DNA of 64,000 nt from the human T2T-CHM13v2.0 reference genome, Homo sapiens. The stretch lies in assembly GCA_009914755.4 (NCBI GenBank), contig CP068257.2, forward strand, positions 25,568,001 through 25,632,000. Direction: 5' to 3'. Positions within the stretch are counted from its first letter, which is position 1. Every line of letters begins with the position of its first letter. A model generated the notes under the pieces. The model saw only the letters and a program-made list of their open reading frames with translations. It was not told where the DNA came from and did no database searches. A program made the position numbers and the translations under genes. This document shows positions 27,230 through 40,918 of this stretch, piece by piece.

Positions 27230-28650
27230 TGTCTCAGGGAAAGTAATGTCTCTTCTCTTCTCTTTACTTATCCTCCTAACTTGCCCTCTCCTACCTGCAC
27301 CAGTCATTCTGATCTTCCACACTTCTTCACTTTCTTCTCTTGATAAAGTTCATGCCCAGAGATTCTGTTCTACCTGATTTTCAGTAAGTCCATTTGATTT
27401 GACTATTCCTTTTTCCTGGGTTTTACTCTTACCTTATACATTATCAATTTTCCTTTCCAAATCATTTTGCTCTTTCTTCAAGATATGTGTACAATGATAC
27501 TGCCCTATCTTCCTTGAAAATAAAACAGTATTTCCAGCCATTATTGAAAATACAACTTCCCAGACCAGTTCCTGAAGGTGCAGATGACAATGGGTCTAGA
27601 ATGAGGCCTAAAAATATGTATTTCTAACAAGCTCCCCCCAGATGCTTCTATCAGTCTTTTTCCTCCTTCTTACTACAGTTTGGACCTGCTATTTTCTTGA
27701 TGCTACATCTCCTCTCTAACTATTGTCATATTTGCCTGCTGTGCTAAAATTTCTTGAAAAAGAGGTCTATTCTTGCTATATTTAATTTACCTTTCCCTTA
27801 AACCTACTCCAGTCAGACTTTCAGCTCCATCATGACACTGAAACTCTTTCTGTCAATATCAGCTGTGATTTCCGTGTCAATAAATCCTACGGCCCTTATT
27901 CATTTCTTAGCTTTTTTGACATATCATACACATGTAGATGTTACTCCTTCTCATTGAATACACTTTCTCTTCTTGTCTTTCAGAGTGCCACCGTATTGGT
28001 TTTTCTACTATCCACTGTTTGCCATTCTTGATCTGCTTAGTGCTTTCTCTATGTCTTTTTGATGTTTTAACATTGCAGAGTCCCAAGACTGCCCCTAAAC
28101 CTTTTGTCATCTCTATCTCTACTCATTCCTTTTGTAATGTTATCAAGTTTTGCAATTTTAAATATTATCTGTACTATGATGACTGCTAAGCTTATATCTC
28201 TGAAACAGCCTACTCTCCTGATCTTTGAATTCGTTATCTAACTCCCTGCTTAACATCCATCCTGAGTGCTTAATAGACATTGCAAAGCTAACATGTTCGA
28301 AAAGTAACTTTATGTTATTACCCTTGGTGCTCCCTCAGTATTTCCTATTTCAATAAATGACTATCTTCTTTTTCTAGCTATTTAAGCAAAAACAAACAAA
28401 CAAACAAAAACAAAAAAAAACAAAAAACTGGGGGTCATTTTTGGCTTCTCTTTTTCTCATATTTCTCATAGAATCCATCAGTATATGATTTTGGCTCTAT
28501 CTTCAAAATACATCCATAATTCAACCAATTCTCATCACCTTCACTTATTGCTATTATCCTGGTGCAAGTCACCATTGGCTATCTTCTGAATTTTTGTACT
28601 AGTTTCTTAACTGGTCTACCTATGTCCTCTCTTGTCTCAGTAAAATGCAT
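27230..28650 (+). repeat. ancient interspersed repeat, L2-like (tentative)
   Basis: CT-rich word-like sequence contiguous with the L2 3' end recognised at 28960-29510. It may be interrupted. Not confirmed. Confidence 0.25.
28389..28428 (+). repeat. (CAAA)n / A-rich microsatellite
   Basis: aaaaacaaacaaacaaacaaaaacaaaaaaaaacaaaaaac. Confidence 0.9.
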
Positions 28651-28660
28651 TGTCTTCTCA

Positions 28661-28850
28661 ACAGAGCAACGGGGAGATCTTTAAAAGAGGTGCAAGAATC
28701 TCGCGTTATGGTCTGAATATGTGTGTTCCCTTAAAAATCTGTATTTTGAAATCTAATCCCTGATGTGTTGGTATTAGGAGTGGGGTCTTTGGAAGGTGAT
28801 TAGGTGATTTGTAATGACATTAGTGCCCTTAAAAGAGGCATAAGAATTTT
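28661..28850 (-). mobile_element. ERVL-MaLR-type LTR fragment, inverted relative to 25690-26110
   Basis: Its reverse complement reads gcctcttttaagggcactaatgtcattacaaatcacctaatcaccttccaaagaccccactcctaataccaacacatcagggattagatttcaaaatac...attcagaccataacgcgag. That is roughly 85-90% identical to 25900-26105 apart from the 31-bp triplication. Confidence 0.6.
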
Positions 28851-28879
28851 ACAAATCTTATCTTATATCTATATATTCT

Positions 28880-28975
28880 GTTCAGTATAGATCTGTTATA
28901 TATCTGAGATATATATGCCTGTGATTATATATGATATTATGGTATTATATATATATATCTCAGATCATCTCACTG
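28880..28975. repeat. TA-rich imperfect palindrome
   Basis: atatatctgagatatatatgcc...(ta)n...atatatatatctcagatcatc. atctgagatatat and atatatctcagat are reverse complements. Confidence 0.6.
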
Positions 28976-29510
28976 TTCAAAACATGCCAATAGCCCCTAA
29001 TCTCAGTGTAAAAGCCACGTTCTTTACTACGGCCTCAAGATCCTGCATGACCCAGCTCCTCTTCACTTCTTTGATCTTACATCCTCTGACATTCCCCTCA
29101 CTTACTCTGCTGCAGCCACACTGGCTTTCTTCCTCATTACTTTTCTATCACACCAGACACACTGTTAGCCACAGGGCTTTTGCTGGTTTCCTCTGTCAGA
29201 TACAGTTTCTCTCCCCTCCTTGGAAATTTGGCTTAAAGGTAAGAGGCTGCTCTTGACACTCATTGAAACTTCCACCTGCCTTCCCCTTTTCTTTCTTTTC
29301 TACTTTTTGTACTCCATAGCACTTATTACCTTCCAATCTAATACCTATTTTACTTATGTACTTTGTTTCTTTTCTGGCATTTTGCACAAGAATCTCATCT
29401 CCATACAGCAGGGATTTTATATATTTTTCAAAGATGTAGACACAGTGTCTATAGTTGTACCTAGCACATAGCAGGTTTTTAATAAATTGTAGATGAATAA
29501 ATATCTTGCC
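28960..29510 (+). mobile_element. L2 LINE 3' end
   Basis: ctgctgcagccacactggctttcttcc...ccatagcacttattacc...cagcagggattttatatatttttcaaagatgtagacacagtgtctatagttgtacctagcacatagcaggtttttaataaattgtagatgaataaata matches the L2/MIR-shared 3' tail (…ctccatgagggcagggac…gcctggcacatagtaggtgctcaataaatatttgttgaatgaatga). Confidence 0.55.
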
Positions 29511-31214
29511 TTTTACTTGGTTTTATTGCTGTTTGGTTATGTGTATTTTTTTCTTTTGGACCATAAACAGTGGTACCTGTGTCTAAACTTTTATAATTTC
29601 AAACCTCCCTAAACTGTACCTGGCATTTAACTAGATGTTCAATAAGCACTAATCAAATGAATAGAATAAATTTGCCTGTGAAGCACCATTCTACAACCAA
29701 ATTCAAAACAGAATTTAGATTCTATTATTGTTAGTGTGATACTTCAAATAGTTATCTATATTGAGTAAGTAAAAATTTGGCAAACATATATTACTTTAAA
29801 ATGAACAGTACATTAAATTTCAGTTCACTTTATGTGATTACAAAATTGGGCAGGCACACTTTAGAAATACTACTATAAAATCATGCTTATAAGAGAAAGG
29901 AAATTTTACATCCAATATACTAAATATTTTTAAGCATTTTGAAATAAAATAATGTATGAAATATAACAAAGTAGTTTTTCCATATAATTTAAAATAGTAT
30001 ATAAAATATAAAAATAGAAAACATATCTACTATAATTGAACATTAATTTTATAGGTTTAAGATTTCTGTTGACATAAGAATTATATATATGTACACACAG
30101 ATATTCACACACATGTTGTTTCTTGATATATATCTTTATTTCTAGTTATAGTGATAAATAAAACAGGAGAAGGTAAACCTCTTGTCCAAAATCTTTGATG
30201 GAATTTTTTGTCCTCCTAGTAGAATCCCTATGTGACTGATTATTTTTTCCCATTTTTAAAATGAAATACTTAATTTAACTAATAAGTCTGTGTAGATAAA
30301 TGCTAAAGGACGAACGCTATTACAGCACATCTTTGATATAACTAAATGTTTCGTTTGGTAGACCTTAGAAGACTAACCTTTCATCTTCAAGAAAGTTAAT
30401 TTCAACAACAATTGTATCTCCTATTTAAAACTTCTCTTCCATAGCTTATTTTTTTGTTAGTGAGATATGTCTTTTTCAGAGGAAGAAACTGGATTTATTT
30501 TATCATTGTAACAAAATATTTCTCACTCATCCAACCCGGGAGTCTGGAAGAGTGGGAGTCTACCCAATTTACTTACACCTTTGTTCATAGCTGAAATTTA
30601 CATTGGGTGGTCTTATTAATGTTCAAGAGTAGTGGCAAGGCCAAATCATAAACACATTGTGCTTATGTAAAACATCAGAACGTAACAGTAGGGTTTCCTA
30701 ATGTCCTAACTGCCATGGTGTGTGTTATATGTCTATAATAAATAGGAGCTTACTGTAAGATGCAGAAGATATGTTATAAATCCCTACAATATAAGTTGTT
30801 AAATTACTTCAAGTTCTTGCCATAGTTTATAAGAATCTAATAAAATTTGGGTGGCCTGCATTTCGTACTATGGCCATGTGCTTATAAATGACCCATATAG
30901 ACATAGATGTATTGGGAGATCCTGATCAAAGTGTTAACAGTGTACTTGACATCTCATCCTATCATACTTTTTTCACGATATGGGAATTATTTCTCCACCA
31001 TCGCTTATTCTTTTTTGCATGTATGGACATCGTGTAAGACTCAAAGAGCAATCAGTTAGTACTATTAATCGCTACATGGCCACTGCACCTCTTTAGAGGC
31101 CCTTTCCTGCATGTATCTGCTAGGTGATTTTTTGATTTTCTCTCTGTATTTATGCTTCTTCTTACTCTGGCAAGGATTTAGTTATATCAAGATGAAACAT
31201 ATTGTAGGGTTAAC

Positions 31215-31295
31215 AACACAGACGCAGGGGTTCAACAGCCAGGGTTTGAATCCCAAATAGCTCTTTCATTTGTTAAGTGCATAATCTCAGGAAGT
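31215..31295 (+). mobile_element. MIR fragment (tentative)
   Basis: gggtttgaatcccaaatagctctttcatttgttaagtgcataatctcagg resembles MIR gggttcgaatcccggctctgccacttactagctgtgtgaccttgggcaag. Confidence 0.3.
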
Positions 31296-32125
31296 ACAGA
31301 ACAGAGCAGGTGGGAAAAGCACACTGAGAGAATGGGGAGAAAGTTTGGGTCACTGTATGGCTATGAAGATTGTACCCCACTTAGCTTTGGGAAGGCAGCA
31401 CTATGATAAATATAATGTGAATGGTAAACTGGGAGTTGAACTTGTACCACTTCTGCATCCCACAGTTTATGGACTTCATACTCACCAATTGGTTTAAAAA
31501 GTGTTTGGGGTCATTCCTTACACATGCTCATAGGGATAAGAAAGGGAAGCCTTGTAAAATGAGATGACTTGCAACAAGAATGTTAAAACAGAATACTTCC
31601 GTCGTGGAAAAATAGGAGAGGGACTATGTAAATTTAATCCATATTGTTAGTTGTTAAAATTGCCTTGTCTCCTAAGAATTAGAGAGAAAGAAAAGCTTCA
31701 AAGAACAGCTGTGATGTTGGAAGTTTTTGTGGAAAAAAAAAAATTGGTGTTCTCAAATAGCTCATGTCTTTCTGAAACTCTATATGAGATTTATGAAAAA
31801 GATAAAGCATAAATTGGAGTTAGGTGGATTGAAAATACACTAGGAATTTCTGCCAAGTAAAGCAGTAAGGAAATTTCATAACCCCTCATTGTTCTGGCTT
31901 CATTCCCTTTAAATATATCAAAAAAACAATAGATAGCCTTCACTTTCAGAAGAAACTAACTTAGAGATAGATTGCTTTATTTGTTTGGAATGGCGGTAGT
32001 TTTAGTGAGTTTAAATGTTCTTTAAAATTTTTATATAAATTATGCATATTAGAAAATATAATTTTTAAAAATTTTTGCTGCTGTTTTTACAATATTGGTG
32101 AAATAATCTTTTTTTTCCCTTCAAG

Positions 32126-32490
32126 GTTTTATTAGTCCATTTTCCCATTGCTGATAAAGACATAACTGAGACTGGACAATTTACAAAAGAAAGAGGTTTA
32201 ATGGACTCAGAGTTTCACATGGCTGGGGAGGCCTCACAATCATGGTGGAAGGTAAAAAGCACGTCTCACGTGGTGGCAGACAAGAGAAGAGAGAACTTGT
32301 GTAGGGAAACTCCTCTATATAAAACTGTCAGATCTTGCGAGACTTATTCACTATCACAAGAATAGCACGGGAAAGACCTGCCCTCATGATTTAAATACCT
32401 CCCACTGGGTTCCTCCCACAACATGTGGAAATTGTGGGAGCTACAATTCAAGATGAGATTTGGGTAGGGATACAGCCAAACCATATCATA
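32126..32490 (-). mobile_element. ERVL-MaLR solo LTR, THE1-like
   Basis: ttttattagtccattttcccattgctgataaagacataactgagactggacaatttacaaaagaaagaggtttaatggactca...ggctggggaggcctcacaatcatggtggaagg...ctacaattcaagatgagatttgggtagggatacagccaaaccatatcata is a near full-length reverse-complement match to the THE1 consensus. Confidence 0.85.
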
Positions 32491-33199
32491 GGGGATGTCC
32501 CTCTCCTATTAACATTTTTTAAAATTAAGCCCTTAGTGAATCCACTATCCTGAAGTTCTTCCATCCTACTGTTCTCAAAGCAGACACTAAAACTAAGGCT
32601 TAAATGCAAATGGTTTATTTTGGTCTGTGATTGGGAATTAAAGGAAAAAGGAGTGAAGGTAACCAGGAGGCACTCTGGAATTGAGTTGATGCCACTGTGA
32701 ACAACTGGGCTTGGATTCTACTGGGCACTTCTGAGATGCTCTTAAAAATGCACCTCAGAATTGTCTGCTCAACTTCACTGCAGGAAGGGAGGATTAGCTC
32801 TTGGGCTCCCCTTCTCCATTTAATAAATTTTGCCTCACCGGGCATTAGCTCCCTCATAAGCCCAAGTTGCACAAGGGCCAGAGGTAAAAGGCATACAATG
32901 CAGCTGAAGTGAAGTGCCACCACATAACACTTGTGCAAAACTGGTGGCTGTGGCAAAAATTAAAGAAAAGGTGATCCATGCAGATGTGAGCAGGGGACAA
33001 GAGTGTCTTACATAGCCTGCTATACTTGGAGAGAACAGAAAATGTATCATAATGCTCCAGCCATTTCATTTGAGTCTCATGCTGAACAAACCTGCTTCCT
33101 CAGCACAGTGAATGAACTCTCAGCTCTGCTATATTTGCTATTTTAATACTTGAGATATGCTTCTTCTATGGAAGATCCACATGTATTGACTCTCCCTCT

Positions 33200-33795
33200 A
33201 TAGGATGAACACTTACATATTTTGACAGTTAATGATAGGTGTCAACTTGGCTGGATCAAGGAATGTCTAGAAACCTGGTACAGACTTCTTCTGGGGTCTG
33301 TCTGTGAGGGTGTTTTCCCGAGAAGATTTACATGTGAGTTTGAGTGGACTAAGCAGGAAGATCTGCCCTCAGTGTGGGCAGGCATCATCCAATCTACTGG
33401 GGATCCAAAGAGAACAAAAATAGAGAATAGGTGTATGTGTCAATCTATCTGCTACAACAAGAATACACTCTTTCTCTCCTGTCCTTGGACAAATCTGGGC
33501 TCCCCAGCCTTTGGACTTAAGATTTGAACTCCAAAACTTAAGACCAGTGTCCTCCCAGGTTCTCACACCTTTGGCCTCAGACCCTGAGTTACACCATCTG
33601 TTTTCCTGGTTCCAGGCCTTTGGACTTAGACTGAGTCAAGCTACTGGCATCTCAGGGTCTCCAGATTGCAGGTGACCTGTCATGGGACTTCTCAGCCTCT
33701 ATAATCACATAAACCAATCCCCTCATAATTCCTGTCTCATATATTTCTATCTAATCCTATTGATTCTGTCCCTCTGGAAAACCCTGACTGTATCA
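33200..33795 (+). mobile_element. ERVL LTR, MLT2-like
   Basis: ggtgtcaacttggctggatcaaggaatgtctagaaacctggtacagacttcttctggggtctgtctgtgagggtgttttcc...gtgggcaggcatcatccaatctactgg...ccagattgcaggtgacctgtcatgggacttctcagcctctataatcacataaaccaatcccctcataa is the typical MLT2/ERVL LTR text. Confidence 0.5.
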
Positions 33796-36554
33796 GTGTT
33801 GATTTATAATTTTTTAAAATAGTCGCAGAAATTCATTTGGGAGAGTAATTTTTGATATCCTCTTAAAAAGTAGGGAACTGAGATCAAATAACTTGTCCAA
33901 AGTTCCTTTGTAACTTTGCCCTTAGTGTCAATATAGTCAGCCCTCCATATCTGCATATTCAACCAACACTGAAGTAGCTTTATTGAGTACAAATGTTCCT
34001 TTTACATTTTTTAAGCACTTGGAAGTTCTCTGAAAAAAATAAATAAATCTGCTAAAAACACAAATTTTTATTGGCTCAAAGTAAATTTTGGTTTTTTGAT
34101 TACATTTTACTAAAAAAAGATGCCAAAATATACTAATCCTGAAAGAAGATCTGATGAGAGAAAAATAACCAATAAACTTAAGTCTGCAGCCATTCTAAGG
34201 GCATTCTGCTACTTTTACTTCCAAGACAAGAATGATTTATCATTAAATATAGTTGAAACTTTATGGTCTTATTTGGCTGTTTACCTCACTCACAAAAATA
34301 ACTGCCCTATACATGACTGTATTTCATTGTCCTAATCTGGTTTCATGTTTTTTGTTGTTATTATTTAGTGTAAAAACTGAATGCTAACCCATGTTCATAT
34401 GTGCATTTTTAAAAGCTATACCTGTTGAAATGTTGGATATTTTCACTAGCTCTCTTTTAGTCATATTAGCCTGTAAAAGTTTATTGAAGACTATTCAATT
34501 ACTGTACATTGTTTCCTGCAAAAAAAAGTATTGAATTTTTTTCTGACCTCCCTTACTGAGAATAATGAAGACCTAGGAGAATAAGGTACTTATATTTCAA
34601 AGTCTCTTAAAGTTATTGCATTTATTTTCTTTCACAAAACAAAAGAAAGCAGGAAAGCAAAACCTAGTTTAAATGAGTTGTTTTAACTAACTACTTCTTG
34701 ACAGCTAAGAAAAATTTCTTCCCAGTTGCCTTCTTTCCAACGTACACCATCTAATTCTTTCATAGACAGTAAGAACACATGGAGAGTGGGGAAGAATGTA
34801 GCTTGCAGAATTTAGTGATTTAATTGGTGGCCTTCTCAAGGGGTGCTACTGGAATTTAGGCAGTTTCTACCAAAGTCACCCAAAACCGAACTTGAACTGG
34901 CTGCATGAAGTTTTCCTACATGTTTGTCATCAAGAGTTCAAGCCACTGCAGCACTTAGAGACCTGACCATTCTACTGAAGAAAAGAAATACTATAGTAAA
35001 CTCTAGTTGGTTGTGAAATGAATGTTTTCAATTGCTAGAAGCTAATGATAAAATTTTTCTAGTAATACATTGATTTTTACATTTACAGATTTCCATAGGA
35101 TTGACAAAGATGCCTCTTCATTTTTGAGAAAAGTCCCTTCATTGCAATATTTTATGAAAAGTTCTATGTGTAACTATTTGGTACAAAGTGTAAATTTAGG
35201 TCTTCTTAAAATGACTCTACCCTTAAATAATTTTGTTTTCAAGGGTCACGTCTCTTGGGTAATGACTAACGTTCTCCTAGTGATTAGTAATAACAATTAT
35301 GTAGAATGGTGATTCTTGGTGACTTTCTGTCCCACTGAATGAAACAACATATTTCAAAATCAAGACTCTGGGACATTTGGTTCTTCTAAGTCACATTTTT
35401 TCCCCAGTATATAAAGTCAAATTTTTATGTAATTTTATATAAATCACTTTTAAATAAAAAAAATTAATAAAATATCAACAAGAATAATTGCTTATTAGTG
35501 TCTTCTTGAAATCTCTAAATTACCATTTGAAAATTGTTTTTCAATGTTTTTGGCTATGTAATCATTAGAATAAAAACTACGTTTCTGTTTAATCATTTGG
35601 ACATCTGGACCAAGCATCTGGAAATTTTAGTCAATTGTTTTTTTTCCTTGATCCAATTTTTCTGCAGTTGTTTGGTGCAGTAAAGATATCACGAGTGGAA
35701 TACATCAAGTTTGCATTCTTATCACTTTCTCTACATCTGTTACTGACATGATTTTCAGCCAGCTTCTATGTAGGCAGAAGCCAGTTTCTGGGCCTATTTT
35801 GAAACCTTGAGTTAGTTATCGTGGTTAATAAAGAGATGCAAAAAGAAACTTGCTGGACACAGAAATAATAATAGACTTATAGTGCACTACTTTAGTACTA
35901 TGCTCCAGCCTCTATACGATGCAAGGTTGGTAATGTACTAAGAGCTGTTGGCTTTGAGATTCATTAGCTATTTAATATTGGAAAAATCACTTAAATTTTG
36001 TGAGACTTAGTTCCAAAATCTACAAAATATAAGGGTAACAGAGTACATTCTTTTTTATTGTGGTTAAAAACACGAGATCTACTCTCAACACATGTTTGTG
36101 TGTGGTACAGTGTTGTGAACTATAAACACAATGTTGTGCAGTAGATCTGAAAAACTTTTTCATCTTGAGTACTGAAACCTTATACCCATTGAGTAGCAAC
36201 TCCTCATTTCCCACAGTTCATTTTTAAAGTCTCTTCTACGTCTGAATTTCATTTCTGAAAATTTCACATATATGTTTCAACCAACATTATAATCCAATAA
36301 TATTTACTTAGTTCATATATATATGTTCCTTAATTTGTTTTGAGCAATACTATATGATACTGTTCAAAACCAATTAAAGAACATGACTTTTCATAGCTAG
36401 AGATCTTAGATTTCTAACAGCTGATTCTTATTTGAGCAAACAGAAAAAGGTACAAATACAGAACTATATACTTCTTCTACTGACCAGGAGATGATGCAGC
36501 AAGCTCTTTCCCAGCCCAAAATGCATGCAGCTTATCACACTTAGCTGCCTGAAC

Positions 36555-36721
36555 TTTTTTTTTATGGAGATGGGATCTCACTTGTTGCTCAGGCTGTAGT
36601 GCAGCAGCTTTTCACAGATGTGATAACAGAGCATTGAAGCCTCAAACCCCTGGCCTCAAACAGTCCTCCCAACTCAGCCTATCAAGTTGCTAGGACTACA
36701 GGCACTCATTGTGCCTGGCTA
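36555..36721 (-). mobile_element. free Alu monomer / truncated old Alu (FRAM-like)
   Basis: Poly-T, then atggagatgggatctcacttgttgctcaggctgtagtgcagc...cctcaaac...gctaggactacaggcactcattgtgcctggctaa. Confidence 0.6.
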
Positions 36722-37149
36722 AGTGTCTGAACATTTTGTCTACAAGAATATTTTTTGCATACAAGACTGGGGCAGAAAATTACCATTCCACTTCTATTTA
36801 TTTATGGTAGGATAAAAAGCACAAAATTAAAAGTTTAGGAAACACATTGCAATAATAGATTTTCTACACAGGTAAGAAATTTCATTAAAGTACAATTTAA
36901 AATATGTGAATAGATCAAAATAATAAACTTATGTTGAAATCAACCAGAACACCTTCAGATACTTGACATTATTTTTTTAATAATTAGAGGAAGGCACAAA
37001 CACACTCTCTGTTTTTCTTTCTTTTTACATACAAATACACACACATACACACACACAATTGGAGCACAGCTAAGTGTCCATTAGTGCTCATTTTCTACTT
37101 TTATTTTCCTCTGTAAATTTCCTCTGCTATCTCAGGATTCTTTAATTTA

Positions 37150-37390
37150 GCAAAGTGATGTCTTTGGAGCAACACTCAAGTGCTCCTCCATTTAAATTTG
37201 AATTCTGACTCAGCCATGTCCTAACTATGTGACCACTATAAAAGTCATTTTGTCTCTCTGTAAAATGTGGATGGTGATGACTAGGTTGTTACAAAGGTAA
37301 ATGAGTTAGTAAATATTTAGTGCTTAGAACAGTGTCTAGCCTTCAGGAAGTGCTCAACAAATGTTAGTGTTTTTTAGTATGATGTTAGAC
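37150..37390 (+). mobile_element. MIR SINE
   Basis: ctatgtgaccactataaaagtcattttgtctctctgtaaaatgtggatggtgatgactaggttgttacaaaggtaaatgagttagtaaatatttagtgcttagaacagtgtctagcc...gtgctcaacaaatgttagtg parallels the MIR consensus (ctgtgtgaccttgggcaagt...ctcatctgtaaaatggggataataata...gcgctcaataaatgttggt). Confidence 0.65.
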
Positions 37391-38789
37391 ACCCCTCAGT
37401 AGGACAGGACAAATTTTGGAAGAGGAAGGTAAAAGAATGCTCCGTTATAATGAGTACCGTAAAAGTCCCCTCTTATCCACAGTTTCACTTTCTAAGATTT
37501 CAGTTATTGGCGGTCAACCACGATCCTAAGTTATTAAACAGATAATTTCAGAAATAAACTATTTCTAAGTTTCAATTGTGTGCTATTCTGCGGAGCATTA
37601 GGGAAACTCATACTATTCTGCTTCTTCCCAGCCTTCTTGCCTGGGATGTGAATCATCCTTTTGTCCAGCGCTTCAGCACTGTAGACACTACCCACCCCTT
37701 AGTCACTTAGTAACTATCTAGGTTCCACTAGCTGCAATCCATGGTGATATCACAGAGTTTATGTTCGAGTAGCCCTTATTTGACTTAATCATGGCCCCAA
37801 AACACAAAGGTAGTAATTCTGGCAATTTGTATATGCCAAAGACAAGCTGTAAAATTTCTCCTTTAAGCAAAAAGGTGAAAGTTCTTAACTTAGTAAGGAA
37901 GAAAAAAACATTGTATGCTGAACTTGCTAGACCTACTGCAAAGACAAATCTAACCGCAAGATGGTGAAGAAGGAAAAAGAAATTTGTGCCAGTTTTGGTG
38001 TTGCACATCAAACTAGAACAATTACAGCCACAATGCATGACAAAGGCTTAGTTAAGATAGAAAAAGGATTAAATTTTTAGTTGGAAGGCATGAACTGATA
38101 CTTGTGCAAATTGATGGGAATTGGGTTCAGTACTATCCATGCTTTCAGGCATCCACTGGAGCTTTGGATCATATCCTTGGTGAATAAGCGGGGACTACTG
38201 TAATGAGGATAGACAGCTCTACTAGGTGGCAAACTTTGGATGTTTTCAGTTACCCTCATATTTTATACATTTGGAAAATGAGGTCCAGAGAATTTAAGCA
38301 ACTTTCTGTTATTAAATGCTTAATTAATCCCAAATTCTAAAACACACATTTTAAAATATAAAAGTCATAATATAATAATTCAGCACTTAAGTCTTCAAAT
38401 ATTGTGAGGAATGCTAATGGTTGAAACCAGAACCCTCTAGGAGTTGAGATTGAGGTTACTTTAAAGTTTCAGGCTCTGTCTCAATGGTTTGCCTCATGCA
38501 AGTGGGTCCAGTGTACAGAATTACATTAAAAAGACTCCAATTTTTGAAAAGAAGATGATAAACTAATGTAAGTTTTCTGTCCACATATTGCAAATAGAAG
38601 CAAGAAAGAAAAAGAGGCTAGGCAGAAAAACCAAGAGAGGTCATCAATTTTGTGAGCTTAGCTATGACTTAGTGACTTAGTTCACAAAGTGAAAGTACTG
38701 AAAAAAAAAAAAGCCTTCAGAAGCGAGACCAACATTGTCATCTAGTCCTATACCTTGATACTGAATCTTATTATAATACAGTTGACCAT

Positions 38790-39200
38790 TGAACAACATG
38801 GGGTTGACCTACACAAGTTCACTTACACATGGATTTATTTTTCAATAAAAGTTATATGTGTGCCTGCTTCTTCTGCCTCCCCTTCCACCTCCTCCACCTC
38901 TTCTGCCTCTACCTTCCGAGACAGCAAGACAAACCCTTCTTCTCTCTCCTCCTCCTCAGCCTATTCAATGTGAAGACAAGATGAAGACCTTTATGAGGAT
39001 CCACTTCCATTTAATAAATGGAATGACTTAAGACTTTTATCTTCTTTATGATTTTTCTAATAGCATTTGCTTTTCTATAGCCTACTTTAGCCTATCTTGC
39101 CTTAACTCTTTGAGACTACGTAGTCTTTTGGTGCTGCTTCCCTCTGTAACACATCATTTCTTGTGCTCCTTTTGAGCCAGATTTTGGATTCATTTGCAAA
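38790..39200 (+). mobile_element. Tigger/MER2-like DNA transposon terminus (tentative)
   Basis: cagttgaccattgaacaacatggggttgacctacacaagttcacttacacatggatttatttttcaataaa resembles the Tigger2/MER2 terminus (cagttgacccttgaacaacacgggtttgaactgcgcgggtccacttatacgcggattttt). Confidence 0.4.
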
Positions 39201-40278
39201 TCACCTAGCATGGCTGAACTAAAAGGATGCTATTATTTTCTGAATCTACATGAGCTGCCAGATCTACTGCTCACAAATAAAGTACTATGGGCTCTCTGTT
39301 CAGAACTGATTTGCTCAGGTAGATCAGACGATTAACCCAGTTCCATTAACCATTACAAGGGTGGATCTCCTCGGATATGTGGATACAGAAAAGAAGCCTT
39401 CCATGCTGGGGGGGCAATTTGTAGTGGTGGGTCATCAGAGGAGCAGGAATTCCTAAATAAATATACCGTATATCTTCTCTTCTAGCCACTGAACAGCACT
39501 GAGAGAATAAATGGCCCAGCCCTGACTTTTGGGTTCCCATAGCAATGTGTTTATGTTCTTACTTTGGTCATAGCACTAACCATAACATATTATGCTCATG
39601 TATTTATCACACTGTCATCCCAAGCAATTTGTGAACTCCTCGACACCAAGGATTGAGTCCTATTTATTCTTGTACTCCTGGCAGATCTCACAGTGTTTTT
39701 TACATAGTAGATCCTCAAAATGTGATGTTGACCTAATTTTCCATGGTGAGTCATTGAATCAATTATAACACTCAGTGAACTGTTTAGATGGAAAAGAACT
39801 TCCATGTGATGTAAGGGGTCAAATGTAGGTAGGGAAGCTGCAGATTATTTATAGTATCACATTTGATGCAGCTTAGAACAGAAATCATGACTTTTCACTT
39901 TATCCTCAGAGTCACTTTGCTGAGAAGGCATAAAGTGGCCAGGATTGATAGTTTTACAACATGATAATCAGCCAGGGTTTACAAGGCACTCTGCACAACT
40001 CTGAAATACGCTGCCATTTTTATTCTCTCCTGCAGGATGTACATTGCACATACTAAAGGCACTGAGTTACAGGGCACTCTTTCAGTTTGTTTCTACTAGA
40101 AGTTTCCAAATGAGTTTGAGCATAGACTCTCTCTCTATACCAAACACTACCTCTTGCCCTCATAAGAAATTAGCATTGTACAAAACACATTTTTCAAGAT
40201 GGTGGTTCTAAGTCATTGGTCAAAACCACATTGGCATATGGGGATCAGAAGAAAACAGTGCCAAAAGAATAAGAAGAC

Positions 40279-40722
<444 letters not shown>

Positions 40723-40918
40723 TCACTAATGCACAGGGATCTGCAGGTAAAATCTGGGGGGAACATTTTAGTAAAAACGTAAAGGTATAAAGGACATTTG
40801 CTGATACCCAAGTCAACTGGGTGACTCTCTTATTTACAGATCTTTGGGACATGAATTGCTCCATATCTAGGCCTGCATACACAAATAGATATGCTCTTAT
40901 TAGAAATGTATTGGTGCA

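Noticed and set aside
27630-27665. ctaacaagctccccccagatgcttctat, which resembles the MER5A internal motif (ttaacaagccctccaggtgattctgatgc)
   Set aside because: The match is too short (~25 bp) and isolated. It is probably coincidental, or part of the surrounding L2-like sequence.
33222-33566. ORFs 33222-33527 (+) and 33369-33566 (-)
   Set aside because: They are entirely inside the MLT2-like ERVL LTR.
38755-38973. ORF encoding a Ser/Pro/Thr-rich 72-aa peptide (…PASSASPSTSSTSSASTFRDSKTNPSSLSSSSAYSM)
   Set aside because: It is caused by a CT-rich low-complexity tract (cttcttctgcctccccttccacctcctccacctcttctgcctctacc) inside a probable Tigger-like transposon terminus. It is not a mucin-like gene.
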